Source of the DNA: Sarea resinae
Lineage: Eukaryota
Assembly (NCBI GenBank): GCA_026026165.1
Contig: JAPEUD010000045.1
Coordinates: forward strand, 124,001 to 188,000
Direction of reading: 5' to 3'
DNA length: 64,000 nt
Shown here: piece after piece, positions 1-12,289 of the stretch
Layout of the letters: each line of letters starts with the position of its first letter
How positions within the stretch are numbered: position 1 is the stretch's first letter
Translations under genes and position numbers: made by a program
The notes under the pieces: model-generated
The model's input: the letters and a program-made list of their open reading frames with translations, nothing else
The model's database searches: none
What the model was told of the DNA's origin: nothing

Positions 1-3000
1 CCGTCTTCTGTCTTCTATTTGCTTTTGTCCTTGCTGCTTTCGCCCGTGGTCACCCTGCCATAGCCGAAGCGGGAGATCCCGACGCACGAGGACGACCAGG
101 ACGAGCATCAAGAGCTCCGGGACAGCACCAGCAGCACCAGCAGCACCAGGAGCACCAGGCTGCAGTGTACGGAGTACTGTACATTCCTCTGTACCCGTCT
201 CAGCTACTCTACTTAGTACTCATCGTAGTACTCGAGGACTCCGTAGTGGCGCTCTCACTCATCTCTCTCGCCGGGATTCAGAGCGAGAATGGGTAAAGCT
301 CCGGGGCCGAATCCCACGACCGTCTGATCGCTGCGGGATCCCTGCTACCATCCGTCCATCCATGGATATTCATCGGCGACCACATCGGGTCCGGATTGGA
401 CAGCACGTCCAAGTTACGTACAGTACGTAGTAGTGACCACCATTGGGCATTCTGGAGTGATGAGCGTTTCGATTGGAAGAGTACCGGAGTATTGGCTCGG
501 CCATCAGAAGCCGAGGACATCATTTCACCATCATCCGTACACGGTAGCAGTCGAACCTTATGTACCCGACTACCTTGCCTGGACCTGCCCGCGCACACAT
601 CGAACCTGACTCGCGCGGAGACAAAACGGCTGCCGCGACCGTTGCTGGTGCCATAGTCATTAGGGCGTTTTGAGTTTGTTCGAGCTGCGGGTGCCACATC
701 CCATCCCATCCCATCCCATCCATCTCGATGGCACGGACGGTGATTAGGTAGGCCTGGCCCTGCTGCAGCGGCGCCAGTGCGGTGCAGCTCAGTGAATCGC
801 CTCAGCACGAATATCAAAAGCAGAAGCTTTTCTCGATGCTCATGGCGATATTGGATATCGAGACTGAACGAGCCGGGCAGCCTTACTATTCCCATGATTT
901 GCACTATGACTAAAGCTCCTCGCCAATGGGATGTCCGTCGTATCTTGACTTCGCCTGCGGTCGCAGATAATGAGATATCTGCCCTTACCCAAATAGTAAA
1001 GTTCGTAGTAAGAATAGCAATAATTATGGGGTCGGCTGCCGGGTAGCATGGCATCAAACAATGGCATCAGTCGATAGGAGGCAGAGCAGAGATGAGATTA
1101 TCGATGAGCGGCGCTGGTTCTCGTCAGGTGCAGGAACGGAAGCCCTCGTCTGCATCTGATCTCGTCTCGACCTGTCTGTTATTCATACTGTTTCCGTTCT
1201 CGTGTCGTCGCAACGAACCTGAACTTTGGTCGAGAAGAAGTCGACCCGGCCGAATTTAGCCTCGACCGATATGCTCTGATCCAACCTAAAGTCTGTTCCT
1301 AGGCAAGCTCAGACCGTAGTCACCTCGTCCCTGCCCTCCCACGGCCATATGCTGCCCATAGGCATCCACATGCTCCCGCGATCCGCCCCAGTGCGATCCA
1401 CTCCGGATGCCATGTCGCATCAGGGCGTGGACTTGGGGCTTGGTGGCTCCTGGTCCTGGAAGGTATAAGGAAGAGCCGGCTCCTGTGGCGGCCGATCCTC
1501 CTGTGCCCAGCACTCGTACCGCTGTCCTTGATCGTCCACCAGCATCTGGCGTCTGCATTACCTTACATTACCTTGCCCGAACACCCCATGAGCTGCGGAG
1601 GAGTACTCTACACCGCGAACCGTTCGGCCTACAGGGAGGGTGCCGTACAGATACTTCGTACCTGCCCATCCCCTCCACTCGAGTCTGGTCTGGTCTGATC
1701 GCTCGCTCGCCATCGCCAGTCACTGATTGACTTGACTACCTGCGAAGACCTGTGGCCGCTGGAGCTCTTTTCCTCCCTCGCCCACGACGACTGCTGCTAT
1801 ACCCGCCACTATTATCACTGCTCCCTCTCTTTTCGCGTTGTCGCGTCTCTCGTTTTCCCTTTCCTTGGGCTTCTCTCCTCTCTCCTCCATCCTCCCACTC
1901 GCTCTCCGTCCTGATCCCGTGCCGGCTCTGCCAACTGCTGCAGTCGACAGCTACCGTATCTGCATGCGCCCCCCCAACGTCCAGGCGTCGTCGTTCTGCC
2001 GGTACCGTCCGCTGTGGTCCTGATCGTGGTCGACGAGAATTGACGCGACTCGGGCATAAACGTGGGCATTAATCATCAGCCAGACAAGGGACCGACTACT
2101 CTCTACCTACCTCTACCCACCTACTGCGCTGCTCACGCTCGACCCAACAGCAGCACCTTACCTGACCTTACCTTACCTTACCTGACCAGACCAGACCATA
2201 CCTGGCCACACCCACCGGCCCATACGGCAGCTTCCACGTCCAACGAATCCCAAGCCAAGCCGAATCCGTTCAATCCAGTCCCAGCCCGTCTGTCCTCCAC
2301 GCGAGCCCTCGCTAGGTACACGCTACATGGTATGGACCCATGATCCTTTCCCTTTTACCCTTTGCCTCTCGTTCTTTTCCTCTCTCGGACAAGTACCGTC
2401 ACCACCTCCTTCGTACCACGTCCTTCCCGGCCTGTCCCTCTGCACCGTCCCTTTACCGACATGTACACACGCACAACACCCTCCATCTCTCTTTGACCCT
2501 TACCCACACCCACGCACACGCTACTCGGAGTACTTTGTACTCGAGCCCGAGTACCTTTTCTGTCCGTTACCCTTCTTCATCTTTCACCTTGCACCTTTCA
2601 CCTTTCACCTTTCACCTTGCACACGCACAACACCCACGCACATATTTACGCGAGACAACCCGTCCCCATGCAAATACTCGCCCCAGCCCGCCCCTCCCAC
2701 ATCCACTTTCTGCCCTCTCCGCTCCACTACCTGACCTACCTGAGCCAACCTGAGCCTACCCGTCTATTCCCCCCCTCCCCGACTATTTCGTGGCACTGTG
2801 CCCTTGTTCGTTCTTCCATACTAAAGGCTTTTTTGACTCGTCTTTGCACTCCTTGCGCATACCCCAAACCATGTCTGGCTCATAACCCCCCCCCCCGCCA
2901 GATCTTCCATCTCGGTCCCCTTCTTCACCTGATCGCGAATCCTTGTCCCCTTCTTCCTGACCCTCGTCGGTCCAGCGTTACCGAGTAGCATCAACATTCA

Positions 3001-3160
3001 TGCTTGTTGTCGCATCTGCTCGCGCTGCTGTCTGTCTCTTCGCATCGCGCGCCGTTGCTTCTTGCTTCAATTGAACACGCCGTCGCCGTTGATTAGACTT
3101 CCTTTCCTGTCTTGACCTTTTTGGCCAGGTACTATCCTGTTTCTATTTGAGCGCTTTCGC

Positions 3161-5866
3161 ATGGTTTGTCCTCGCTCTTGCTCATTTCGCATCATCGTCG
3201 CATATCCCACCGTCGCGTCGTCTGCCGGTCTCTTGCATCATCTGCGCCAAGTTCGTGTGTAACTGACCGTGGCCTTCATTCGTGACAGCATCATCCCCAG
3301 CATCCTCAGCAAGGTCCTCCGCCTCAGGTGCAGAATCCTCGACCGCCGAGCATCGTACATCAACAACAACAACAACAGCATCATCCCAATTCGCCCCATC
3401 CGAGCTCAACCGCGCGTTCTCATCAACAAGGCGCGTTTCCATCGCCTCACGCGTCAGGGCACGGTGTGCCGTCGCAGCAGTCAAATTTTCCCCAGAGCGG
3501 CTCCCAATCCGGTGTTCACCCGCAAGAAATCCCATACTTTGCCGCGCACCAGGGCTCTTATAATACGCCGAGCGCCCCCGCATCCTACTCTTCGTCGGGT
3601 AAGTCTTTTTCCACGTTGAAATCAAGCCAAATATTCCTACCACATCAGTCTTCTCCATCTTACTATGAACATGCAAATGCCTCACCTGACCCTCGAGCAT
3701 CGCTTCTCTTTGAGCTGTAAGCTGACGATTGCTATCAGAAGCACCAGACCTCATGGCCGCCAAGCACATGAACCGGCCGGCTTATCCGCCTATATACCAC
3801 ACTCCTCAGTCTAACTCGCCAGCCTCGGTGGCGTCACCGCAGAGCCACGATCAGCATGGCCGGACAATCTATGCACAACCACCCTCACAACTTCCTCAAA
3901 CAATGTACGGCTACCCTCAATACCCGCCAATGGCACCCGCGAACCCTTCGCCGTACGGGCAACACCCGTCGCAACAACCGCATCCCTCTCTGACCTCGCA
4001 GCCTCTTCTGCTGTCCCATCAGCAGAGTCAACCTCAGCTCCAACATCAGTCCTCGCACAGCCATACTCCAGGAATGAAACAGAGCCCTCGAGCGCAACTT
4101 GCTCAGACGCCGCTTCAACGGCCACCATCAGGTCTGGGGCCGGCATCAAACCCCCCAAGTGGCCCACCTGGAAGCGCGAACAGCATGCATCCGGGACAGC
4201 AGACTGGTACCAATCCGAATGCGGCACCGGGACCGATCCCCGCCACCACCCCGCTCGTCGTTCGGCAGGATAACAATGGCGTTCAATGGATTGCTTTTGA
4301 ATATTCGCGCGACCGGGTCAAGATGGAGTATACCATACGATGCGATGTGGAGTCGGTCAACGTGGATAGCCTGAGTCAGGAATTCAAGACCGAGAACTGT
4401 GTATATCCTCGAGCATGCTGCAGCAAAGACCAATACAGAGGGAATCGACTGGTGTACGAGACGGAGTGTAACACAGTTGGCTGGGCTTTGGCGGAGCTGA
4501 ACCCCTGCCTGAGAGGAAAGCGCGGACTCATCCAGAGAGCTGTCGACAGTTGGAGAAACAGTAACCAGGATCCCCGGCTACGAAGCAGGCGCGTGCGCAG
4601 AATGGCCAAGATCAATCATAGAAAGCAAGTGGCACAGACGCAGAATCACATGGCCGGTCCAAGTGGTCCTAGCCCTGCAGGGGTCCCGACTTCAAGCGGC
4701 CTTCCGGCCGGTCCAGGGGCACGGCAGCCTAGCATGGGTATGGGGAACCCGCAACTACATCACCACCATGCCCATCATCCAGATGGAAGCGCACCAGGTG
4801 GAAGTGACGATGTTAGCGGTATGTTTCACCAGATGTGATGTGTTATTAGCAACCTGGGTTGGACGGAAACGGGAAATATTGTTTCATCTTGTAGCGAGAT
4901 TCCATGTATAATACTTTTTGTGCCCCGTACATGTTTGTAGGCTAATTTCTCTTGTCTCTCTTATAGCTCAAAGTGAGTACAACGGTGCCTCGCATCATCA
5001 TCACCAGACGCCCAGCGGACAGCCCGTTGCCAACCCCGCGGATGTGCGCCAGAGCCAGGTCTTTCATGGCTACCCGAGCTATCCACCCAATCCCAATGTA
5101 GGCGGTCCGGCAATGGCTCCTTCGATGCAATCTGGAATCGATCAGATCGGTGGACATGGACCTTCGACTTCCAATGCGGCCCCGGTTGCCTGCACCAAGG
5201 CTGATGACGATGACAACGTCGCTCTCTTCGGGGATCTTCCAGAGGCCAAGCGCCGGAAGTTTATACTCGTGGATGATCCCCACCGTGGGGCGAGAGTCCG
5301 AGTTAGAGTAACACTGGATCAGGTCGAGATGAACGAAATTCCGGACTCTTACCGCAAGGATCACTCCGTCTATCCTCGATCCTATTTTCCCATGCAGATG
5401 CAGTCGCCTCCTAGTTCTCCCCGAGGTCGCAGATTCTTCGATGATGACGACGACACAACCGGGAGTGATGGACCTACGAAGGGAAGGACACTTGTGCCGG
5501 TGCCTATGGTTGATGGAACAGAGGCAGAGGTGCCTACCCCCCGGCTTGGAAAGGCGAAACGGAGCAAGGAGGTCACTTTGAACGATCTGGGCTATCGCAT
5601 GAGCTGGAGCCAAAGTAGGGTTTTTGCGGGCCGGACGATGTTCTTGCAACGAGCGTGTAAGTCTTAACAGCACCTATCCAACGCCTTGTGATGTGCTGAC
5701 TTTGTCTGCTTCTGTAGTGGACGCATATCGAAACAAGATGAGGAGCACGATGGTGGCGGCGGGCCAGGACGTGTCAGCCGTGGCGCCCCACTTTGAGACC
5801 CGTGTTGGCAAGCGTAAGTGGCTTGAACGCGGTAGCCGAAAGTCGAAGCGTGATTCGACGGACTAA
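3161..5866 (+). CDS. Conserved fungal hypothetical protein with two copies of an uncharacterised domain (recalled as DUF8032-like) and Q/P/H-rich low-complexity regions; possible transcriptional regulator
   Basis: Hand-spliced exons 3161-3163 (ATG only), 3289-3598, 3739-4818, 4967-5656, 5718-5866. All junctions are GT..AG with branch sites and stay in frame, joining ORFs 3328, 3729, 4918 and 5624. Internal duplication: ENCVYPRA..CNTVGWALA..LIQRAVDSWRN versus DHSVYPRS..LNDLGYRMS..FLQRALDAYRN. Confidence 0.8.
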
Positions 5867-7855
5867 GTCGACGAATCAGCCTCAAAACAGACAAGTCAAT
5901 TGGATGAAGACACGAAAGAGGAGGATATCTTCGCGAAGACGGGAAAAAAAAAGCAAAGGAAAAGAAGGGAATAGGAGGGAAAGCGAAACAGGAATCAATT
6001 GGTTGGCTTGAGGCGCTAGGGAAAGGCAAATGAAACGATCGATTGTGGGTATCAAGTGACTGCGGCTGCGCACATCTCAAAATTGGAGCTATATCATTAT
6101 GCTGGCTGGAGGATCTCTTTGCTCGATGTCAGCGTCTTATCTTCTTCCTTTGTCTCTTTATCGCTTCTGCAGCAAAGATCTCTCTTTATTCTCTCATCCA
6201 TCTATACCGATGATCGCGGCACTATGGGCTGGCTGGCGGCACAGAAGCGGATGGCCTGTGGCTCATTGATGAGGGTAAATGCCTGTATCATCATTGTTCA
6301 TGAGGCCATGCATACGTGCATGTAGCGAAAGAGCGAGCGAGCGAGCGAGCGCGCAAGCGGCATTCGTGACCATGTCGAACTGGGGCAAATTGAAGCTCTC
6401 CTTCTATTTTCTTCTTTTCGTTCCTAACATCCATTCCTTCCATTAGAAGCCTACAAACCTGTTTGGCTCGAATAGAAATCCAATGACTTTCTTTTTTACT
6501 CTCGTGTAGTGCTACCACGCTCTAGATCTCGATACCTGAGATGACCACTTTCCTCCGTCCGTCCTAGGTCTTCGATCGGTAGGGTCCTGGTCCTTGTCGT
6601 GGTCATGGATCTGGATCTGGATCTGGATGTGGATCTGGCCCTTGTCCTGGTCCCGGTCAGATCCTTTCTGCGGTACCTTGACTTGATCTGGGTGGCCCCG
6701 CCTTGCCTTGCCTTGCCTCGCCTTACAGAGTAGTCCGTCTTACATAGTACACATCTACCTTGACCTTTCCCTGGAAGCGAGCAAGAGGAGCGGGGGCTCC
6801 CCATTTTACTCTGGTGACAGCCTGCCCGCCTACACAGTACTCTTACATAGTAGCGAAGGGACGGAGATCGACCACCTGGATTAGGAACCTTAATCCATCC
6901 ATCTTCAACCGGATCCGTTGTACCTCTTTCGGCCCGTCAACGAGGAGTCAACCACTTCCTACCGTGCCTTACTGCTGCACCGATTGTCTGATTTAGATGT
7001 GCTTCTCGAGCGAGATCGTTGCTCATGGCTTTGTTGGTGGTTGATCTCGAGAGTGACATCATACGACTCCGACACAAGGCTGAAGTGTGCTGCAGAGACA
7101 CAGGGTGTCGAAAATCAAGCCAAAAGGATAGCGCCCCCTAAAGGACTTGCTCTGAATCCGTCTACATATTGTATTTCGACACAGGGACCCTGGATCAGGC
7201 ATCCAAAGGCGTCCCAGGGAGTTCAGATCGGGTCAAACCAAGGATGCTCACGTACCCTCTCGCCATCTGCGCAGGCTGAGCCGGACGCATGGGTTTGGGT
7301 TGCTAGCTCAGCATGGCTGCTGCCGAGAGGCGATGCGGCTCGACCCAGTCCGTTACTCGGGTGAGGCTGAGCATTCGGGGTCGTCTTTCTCAACTCACCC
7401 GCTTCGTCTTCTGATATCTCTATGCATTTCTTGATTCCTACTTCCTCATACTCTTCTGCCTCCGACAATACACAGGTGTGAGAACCTTTCACCGAAGCTG
7501 GATATTGTGGCGAGATTCAAAGAAAGTTCACGTTTGGGCATTTTATTCTTATTTCTACTTACCACGGTCAATCTTCAACTACTAGGTTCTACGCAACTTT
7601 TGAGGTAGTTCGAATTTCTGCTAGCTACGAGTACCTCTTGGCTGATTTCAGTTTGGAGATAGGTTTCCAGGTTTGCGACGTGTCTCAAGACCAACGCGGC
7701 AGGTAGCTGGACCCTAGGAACGAGATAGCTTGCGATTGAATCCAGCGCCGGCTTTACATTCTACAGATTTGCATCCTCGGGAACACGCCATCATTGGTAG
7801 GACTTTGTATTGAACGTGTGCAACGACGGCGAACAGTTCCGCAAGCTTCGGCGGA

Positions 7856-10800
7856 ATGGATAAGAAAGATCTCCCTAAAGGGTCGAATTCAGACCACGCT
7901 ATCGTCCACCCCTTTTCCCGCTTACAAAGTGACACGAAAAGAGCCGGTGATGGAGAGGCCAACGACTATAGAGGAGAACGTAAGGGAAATGAGCCTTTGA
8001 AACTTCCAGGAGAAATGCGACTGTCCAGCCAGGCTGTCGTGCCTAAGGTTCAGAGATACAACTCCTCAGCTCCGAAAATACATTTCGATACTGATGCACC
8101 ACCCCTCTTAGACGCTGTACGATCGGGAGACTGTCTACTGGTCGATTCCTTAATCCAGTCCGGGGCTTCCGTTGATGAAAGGGATGCGCAGGGGAGAACT
8201 GCTTTAATGCAAGCTGTCAAAGGAGGGCGTAAAGATATATCTGAAATTCTACTCGAGAATGGCGCCGAGGTGAATGCCAAGAGTACATATGGGAGGACCG
8301 TTATGATGGAGGCCGCACAAGCAGGAAGTCTGGACATGGTCATGCTTCTTATTAAGAATGGCGCCGAGGTGAACGCCGAGGGTAGATTTGGGGAGACCCC
8401 CCTAATGGAGGCTGCACGTGCAGGAAGTCCGGACCTGGTTATGCTTCTCCTCGAGAATAGTGCTGAGGTGAACGCTAAGAATGTATATGGGGGGACCGCC
8501 CTGATAGAGGCCGCACGTGCAGGAAGTCCGGACGTGGTCATGCTTCTACTTAAGAATGGCGCCGAGGTGGACGCCAAGAGTGTATATGGGGGGACCGCCC
8601 TGATAGAGGCCGCGCGTGCAGGAAGTCCGGACGTGGTCAAGCTTCTTCTCAAGAATGGTGCTGAGGTGAACGCTGAGAGTAGGATTTGGGGGACCGCCCG
8701 GATAGAGGCCGCACGTGCGGGAAGTCCGGACGTGGTCAAGCTTCTTCTTAAGAATGGTGCTGAGGTGAATGCTCAAAGTGCGGAGGGGGACACTGCTTTG
8801 ATAGAAGCTATAAGAGCGCAAAACCTGGAGATACTAAATATCCTCCTACAGAAAGGTGCTGTTGTGAATACTGTAAGTGAACTTGGGACAAGCGCTCTGA
8901 TAGAAGCTACAAGGACGCAAAACCTGAAAATAGTCAATATCCTCTTAGAGAAAGGCGCTTCTGTGGACACCAAGACTTTTTTGGGGAAAATTGTTCTGAA
9001 GGCAGCTGCTGATACAGGGAGTGAAGAGATACTCCGAGTCCTAATCAAGAATAGCGCCGATGTGAATGCTAGAAGTGCTGTTGGGACGACTGCTTTAATG
9101 GAAGCTTCTCACGTAGGAAGTGATGAGTCGGTCAAGCTTTCAGTCAACGAAGATGCTACACCAGTCCGCGATGATGTCCTGAGAGGGCAGCAAGATTGGA
9201 AGCGCCGACAAGCCGAGGAAGATGCAAGGCCGTTTCGCAGTCCGCGCGAGCGCGAGAGGGAGCAGACCCGAATAACTGGTTTCAGCCCTCCGGCGATAAA
9301 TCGGGACGACCGCCTCATGAACGAGACATATGGTGAAGAAGGTAGATCTGGACGAAACGCTCCAAGAAAGCATCCTGCAAGCAATCCTGAGCAGCCTCTA
9401 GAGACAAACTCAAACCAGCCATCGTTCAATTCGTTTAATACAGCCTCAAGGGCCATACTACTTGCGAGTTATCCATTAGACAGTGCAGCCACTCATGGGT
9501 CGGGTCGACTGGGGATCCCCACTCCACTGGTATATGCTTCAATGCCGCCTGAGGAACATACAGCAGATGAATCTAGAAACGGATCTGGATCTATGCCTCT
9601 TCACCGATCAATATCCGGGTCTGTCTCAATTTTCACATCAGACTCTATCCATTCCGAAGTCTCTGAAGAACCCTCATTGGTAGAGTCCGACGATTCATCT
9701 ACCAGCAACGAAAGCTCTCTAGAGAACACCCCGGATTCCAGCAGAAGCCGTAGGATCAATGTTGATAACTTTGGAACTCCCGAGACAGCTCGTCCACCTA
9801 GGCAACCTCTTCCAGAGGAGTTGGAGCAAGATGAACGGTTAACAAATCCAGCGTCCTATTTTTCGCGTCTTGAACGCCTGGAAGCGTCGGTGTTCAAAAG
9901 CTCTGGGTTATCACATCTTTGGAAATTCCCTACTCGAAAACCAACGAGGCGAGACGCATCTGAGACTCTGTCAAAGATGTGTCCCAAGATCGACCAAGGT
10001 GGATGGGCAAGCTTACCAGGCTCTGTCCGGGGCTGGTTTACTGATTTACTTGAATCGCACAACATTATGTCAAAGTTAATGGCTAACATTGAGCGAATGC
10101 GCGGAGAGAATTTCTGCGTTAACTCAATCAATACGATTGTTGTTGATTCAAGAAGGTCGAACTTGGCTTCACTGTGCCGTATCAGCATCGATCAGATTGC
10201 AAACCTCTGTGCCGAATTCGAAGCGATTCCAGATGAAATCTTTGAACAGGGCGGCTTAGATCCGTTCGTCAGTAATTCGGCGATGACGAGCTTTGATCTG
10301 CGGCTTGGAGGATCTTGCCTGGCTATATGTAAGCCACTTGGATTACCGCTCGGAGAGATCATGAAGGAAACATGGCGACTTACGCCTCTTATACTTGATC
10401 TTGCGATCATTTCTTACTGCGGAGCCCACATAGAGAGGTTCGATGAAGCTTACATCCAGCAGTCTTTGGATTATTTCGATCTTTCGGACATGGTCAATTC
10501 GAGCCCCACGAGTTCCAACAAGCATATAATCTTCCATTGCCGTCGACTGCGTTGCTTGGATGAATTTCTTGGCGGTAGAGCCGTTTGGACATTCGAATCT
10601 ACCGACTCGGATTTGCCTCAAGAAAGCCTTCCAGACCTCTATCTTGGGACAGATATTCAAGAATTTGCGGATGTCTGGGGTCCTGTATGGAGTAACAGAG
10701 GTTTGTTAGGGCGCGATAATCAAATATACAGGACTGGAGGAGGCTATATCCTACCATGGCCTACCGAGCAAGATTCTCCAGGGCTGGAAGAAGAAGAAAT

Positions 10801-12019
10801 ATTCTGCCATTGGATAACCGGGAAGACAGCCATCTGTCAACAGTGGCCTCTAGCCTTTCAAAATTTTGAGCTCCTGAAGCATAGACTCATAATAGGATCG
10901 GGAAGTCACCGGCTCAAAGAAAATCGTGCTTGCAAGCTGCGACCAGAAAATATTCGACAACAGCTAAAGTCAAGAAATTGTCTCTGGAAGGCTGGGACTT
11001 CCAACTCCGTGACCTACAAAGAGAGTCAAGCCGTTCAAGGCCAGATTGGCGGCATGGGTATCAGCACAGGGTTTTCCATGACTTACAAGCGGAGACACGG
11101 AAATTCCTTGAAGCAGGCTTTGGTCGACAAATGGGCTAACAAACCAGGTACTCAGAATCCAAGAGAGCTCGAGAATTGGTATGGGCTCGAAGTGAGTGCC
11201 TGTACTGGTAATGCTCGAAGAAGAAGGCTCGTTGAGATTATAGGCTCAACCATAATGATTCGGAGCCTGCACTTTGCCCTCACTGTCAGCAGGTCTTCTC
11301 CTTGGATGGCGTCTTTTATCGAGGCCACTACCAGCTCTGACTACATGGCGTTCAGTGAGCTCTACGAGGGCCAACCAGAATGGCGCGAGGAACTAGGCAA
11401 GCTCGTTTCTCACTGCTTGGATTTCTTGGCCGACACGGGGACGGATGCTAACCAAAGCCTATCCGCCTTCTGGGTCGACAAAGCATACATTGAATACCTA
11501 GCTGTCTTTTACCGCTCTAGCCATAGCTGGACAGGCATGTTAAACGACACGCGGGAGATATGCACCATGGCCATCCTGACGGAGACCTGTCTCGAGCTTC
11601 CCCACTGCTCTGGCGCTAATGTCTGCGGCGCCCCATTCCCGTTGCATTGTTCTCCTTCCGTGAGGCGCACCCAGGGCAACCCGATCCTGGAAACGTACCT
11701 CGAGATCAACGAACAGGCTCCGATGCCGCCGCGCCTCCGTCGTAGCGCTCGCCGACGAAACCACTGGGACACGAGCGAGCTTTCGTCCGACGCACGCTTT
11801 CCGCTCCGGAACGGCCGGCTCGGCGTGCTACGGCCGCTGCGGCACGGCAAGGTTCTGATGGAGTGGATGGCCACGAACCCCAAGGTCCAAGAGGCCAAGG
11901 AGATGTGGCGGCAAGGTTTCCTCGGACGGCCGTTGGAGCCGTGTCATTGGGAGGGCATGGACGCCGACGACGAGGCTCGCGTCATGAATCGTATCATGGT
12001 TTTTGTCATGGGTCTTTGA
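7856..12019 (+). CDS. Ankyrin-repeat protein (~11 N-terminal ANK repeats) with a low-complexity linker and a large uncharacterised C-terminal domain
   Basis: Uninterrupted 1387-aa ORF with 33-aa repeats of the type GxTALxEAAxAGxxDVVxLLLKNGAEVNA. The C-terminal ~730 aa look globular but match no family I can name. The exact start codon is uncertain. Confidence 0.85.
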   Translation: MDKKDLPKGSNSDHAIVHPFSRLQSDTKRAGDGEANDYRGERKGNEPLKLPGEMRLSSQAVVPKVQRYNSSAPKIHFDTDAPPLLDAVRSGDCLLVDSLIQSGASVDERDAQGRTALMQAVKGGRKDISEILLENGAEVNAKSTYGRTVMMEAAQAGSLDMVMLLIKNGAEVNAEGRFGETPLMEAARAGSPDLVMLLLENSAEVNAKNVYGGTALIEAARAGSPDVVMLLLKNGAEVDAKSVYGGTALIEAARAGSPDVVKLLLKNGAEVNAESRIWGTARIEAARAGSPDVVKLLLKNGAEVNAQSAEGDTALIEAIRAQNLEILNILLQKGAVVNTVSELGTSALIEATRTQNLKIVNILLEKGASVDTKTFLGKIVLKAAADTGSEEILRVLIKNSADVNARSAVGTTALMEASHVGSDESVKLSVNEDATPVRDDVLRGQQDWKRRQAEEDARPFRSPREREREQTRITGFSPPAINRDDRLMNETYGEEGRSGRNAPRKHPASNPEQPLETNSNQPSFNSFNTASRAILLASYPLDSAATHGSGRLGIPTPLVYASMPPEEHTADESRNGSGSMPLHRSISGSVSIFTSDSIHSEVSEEPSLVESDDSSTSNESSLENTPDSSRSRRINVDNFGTPETARPPRQPLPEELEQDERLTNPASYFSRLERLEASVFKSSGLSHLWKFPTRKPTRRDASETLSKMCPKIDQGGWASLPGSVRGWFTDLLESHNIMSKLMANIERMRGENFCVNSINTIVVDSRRSNLASLCRISIDQIANLCAEFEAIPDEIFEQGGLDPFVSNSAMTSFDLRLGGSCLAICKPLGLPLGEIMKETWRLTPLILDLAIISYCGAHIERFDEAYIQQSLDYFDLSDMVNSSPTSSNKHIIFHCRRLRCLDEFLGGRAVWTFESTDSDLPQESLPDLYLGTDIQEFADVWGPVWSNRGLLGRDNQIYRTGGGYILPWPTEQDSPGLEEEEIFCHWITGKTAICQQWPLAFQNFELLKHRLIIGSGSHRLKENRACKLRPENIRQQLKSRNCLWKAGTSNSVTYKESQAVQGQIGGMGISTGFSMTYKRRHGNSLKQALVDKWANKPGTQNPRELENWYGLEVSACTGNARRRRLVEIIGSTIMIRSLHFALTVSRSSPWMASFIEATTSSDYMAFSELYEGQPEWREELGKLVSHCLDFLADTGTDANQSLSAFWVDKAYIEYLAVFYRSSHSWTGMLNDTREICTMAILTETCLELPHCSGANVCGAPFPLHCSPSVRRTQGNPILETYLEINEQAPMPPRLRRSARRRNHWDTSELSSDARFPLRNGRLGVLRPLRHGKVLMEWMATNPKVQEAKEMWRQGFLGRPLEPCHWEGMDADDEARVMNRIMVFVMGL
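8255..8790 (+). repeat. Tandem 99-bp near-identical ankyrin-coding repeat units (about 5)
   Basis: Recurrent blocks such as gcaggaagtccggacgtggtc and aagaatggcgccgaggtg / aagaatggtgctgaggtgaac at 99-bp spacing. Confidence 0.9.
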
Positions 12020-12289
12020 TCCTCCCGCGAAGATCGAAGGTGGGGTGTAAGTTGAGTGTTACCTCTTGAGCTATGGTATTCGTCGTTCATGGGCCTTTGC
12101 CCCTTGATCTTTCCGCAGAGAACTCGGGGATTTTTCGAGTCGAGCGGGGTTGTCTCTCTTGAGCTCTCCTCTCCTATCCTCCTCCTACCTCCTCACGCCT
12201 CTCTCACAATGCACAGAGACCCCTTCAACGCCGATCTACCTACCTACCTTAGCCAGAAGAACCAGCGGAACCAACAGAACCAAATTTAA

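Noticed and set aside
278..2990. Many overlapping short ORFs upstream of the first gene
   Set aside because: Low-complexity, microsatellite-derived translations with no domain motifs; treated as promoter or 5' UTR.
7223..7620. Minus-strand ORF 7223-7492 with an apparent upstream intron
   Set aside because: The putative upstream exon has stops in all frames and no recognisable homology; cannot support a gene.
8050..8739. Repetitive antisense ORF (TTSGLPARAASIRAVP)n
   Set aside because: Shadow of the ankyrin repeats on the opposite strand.
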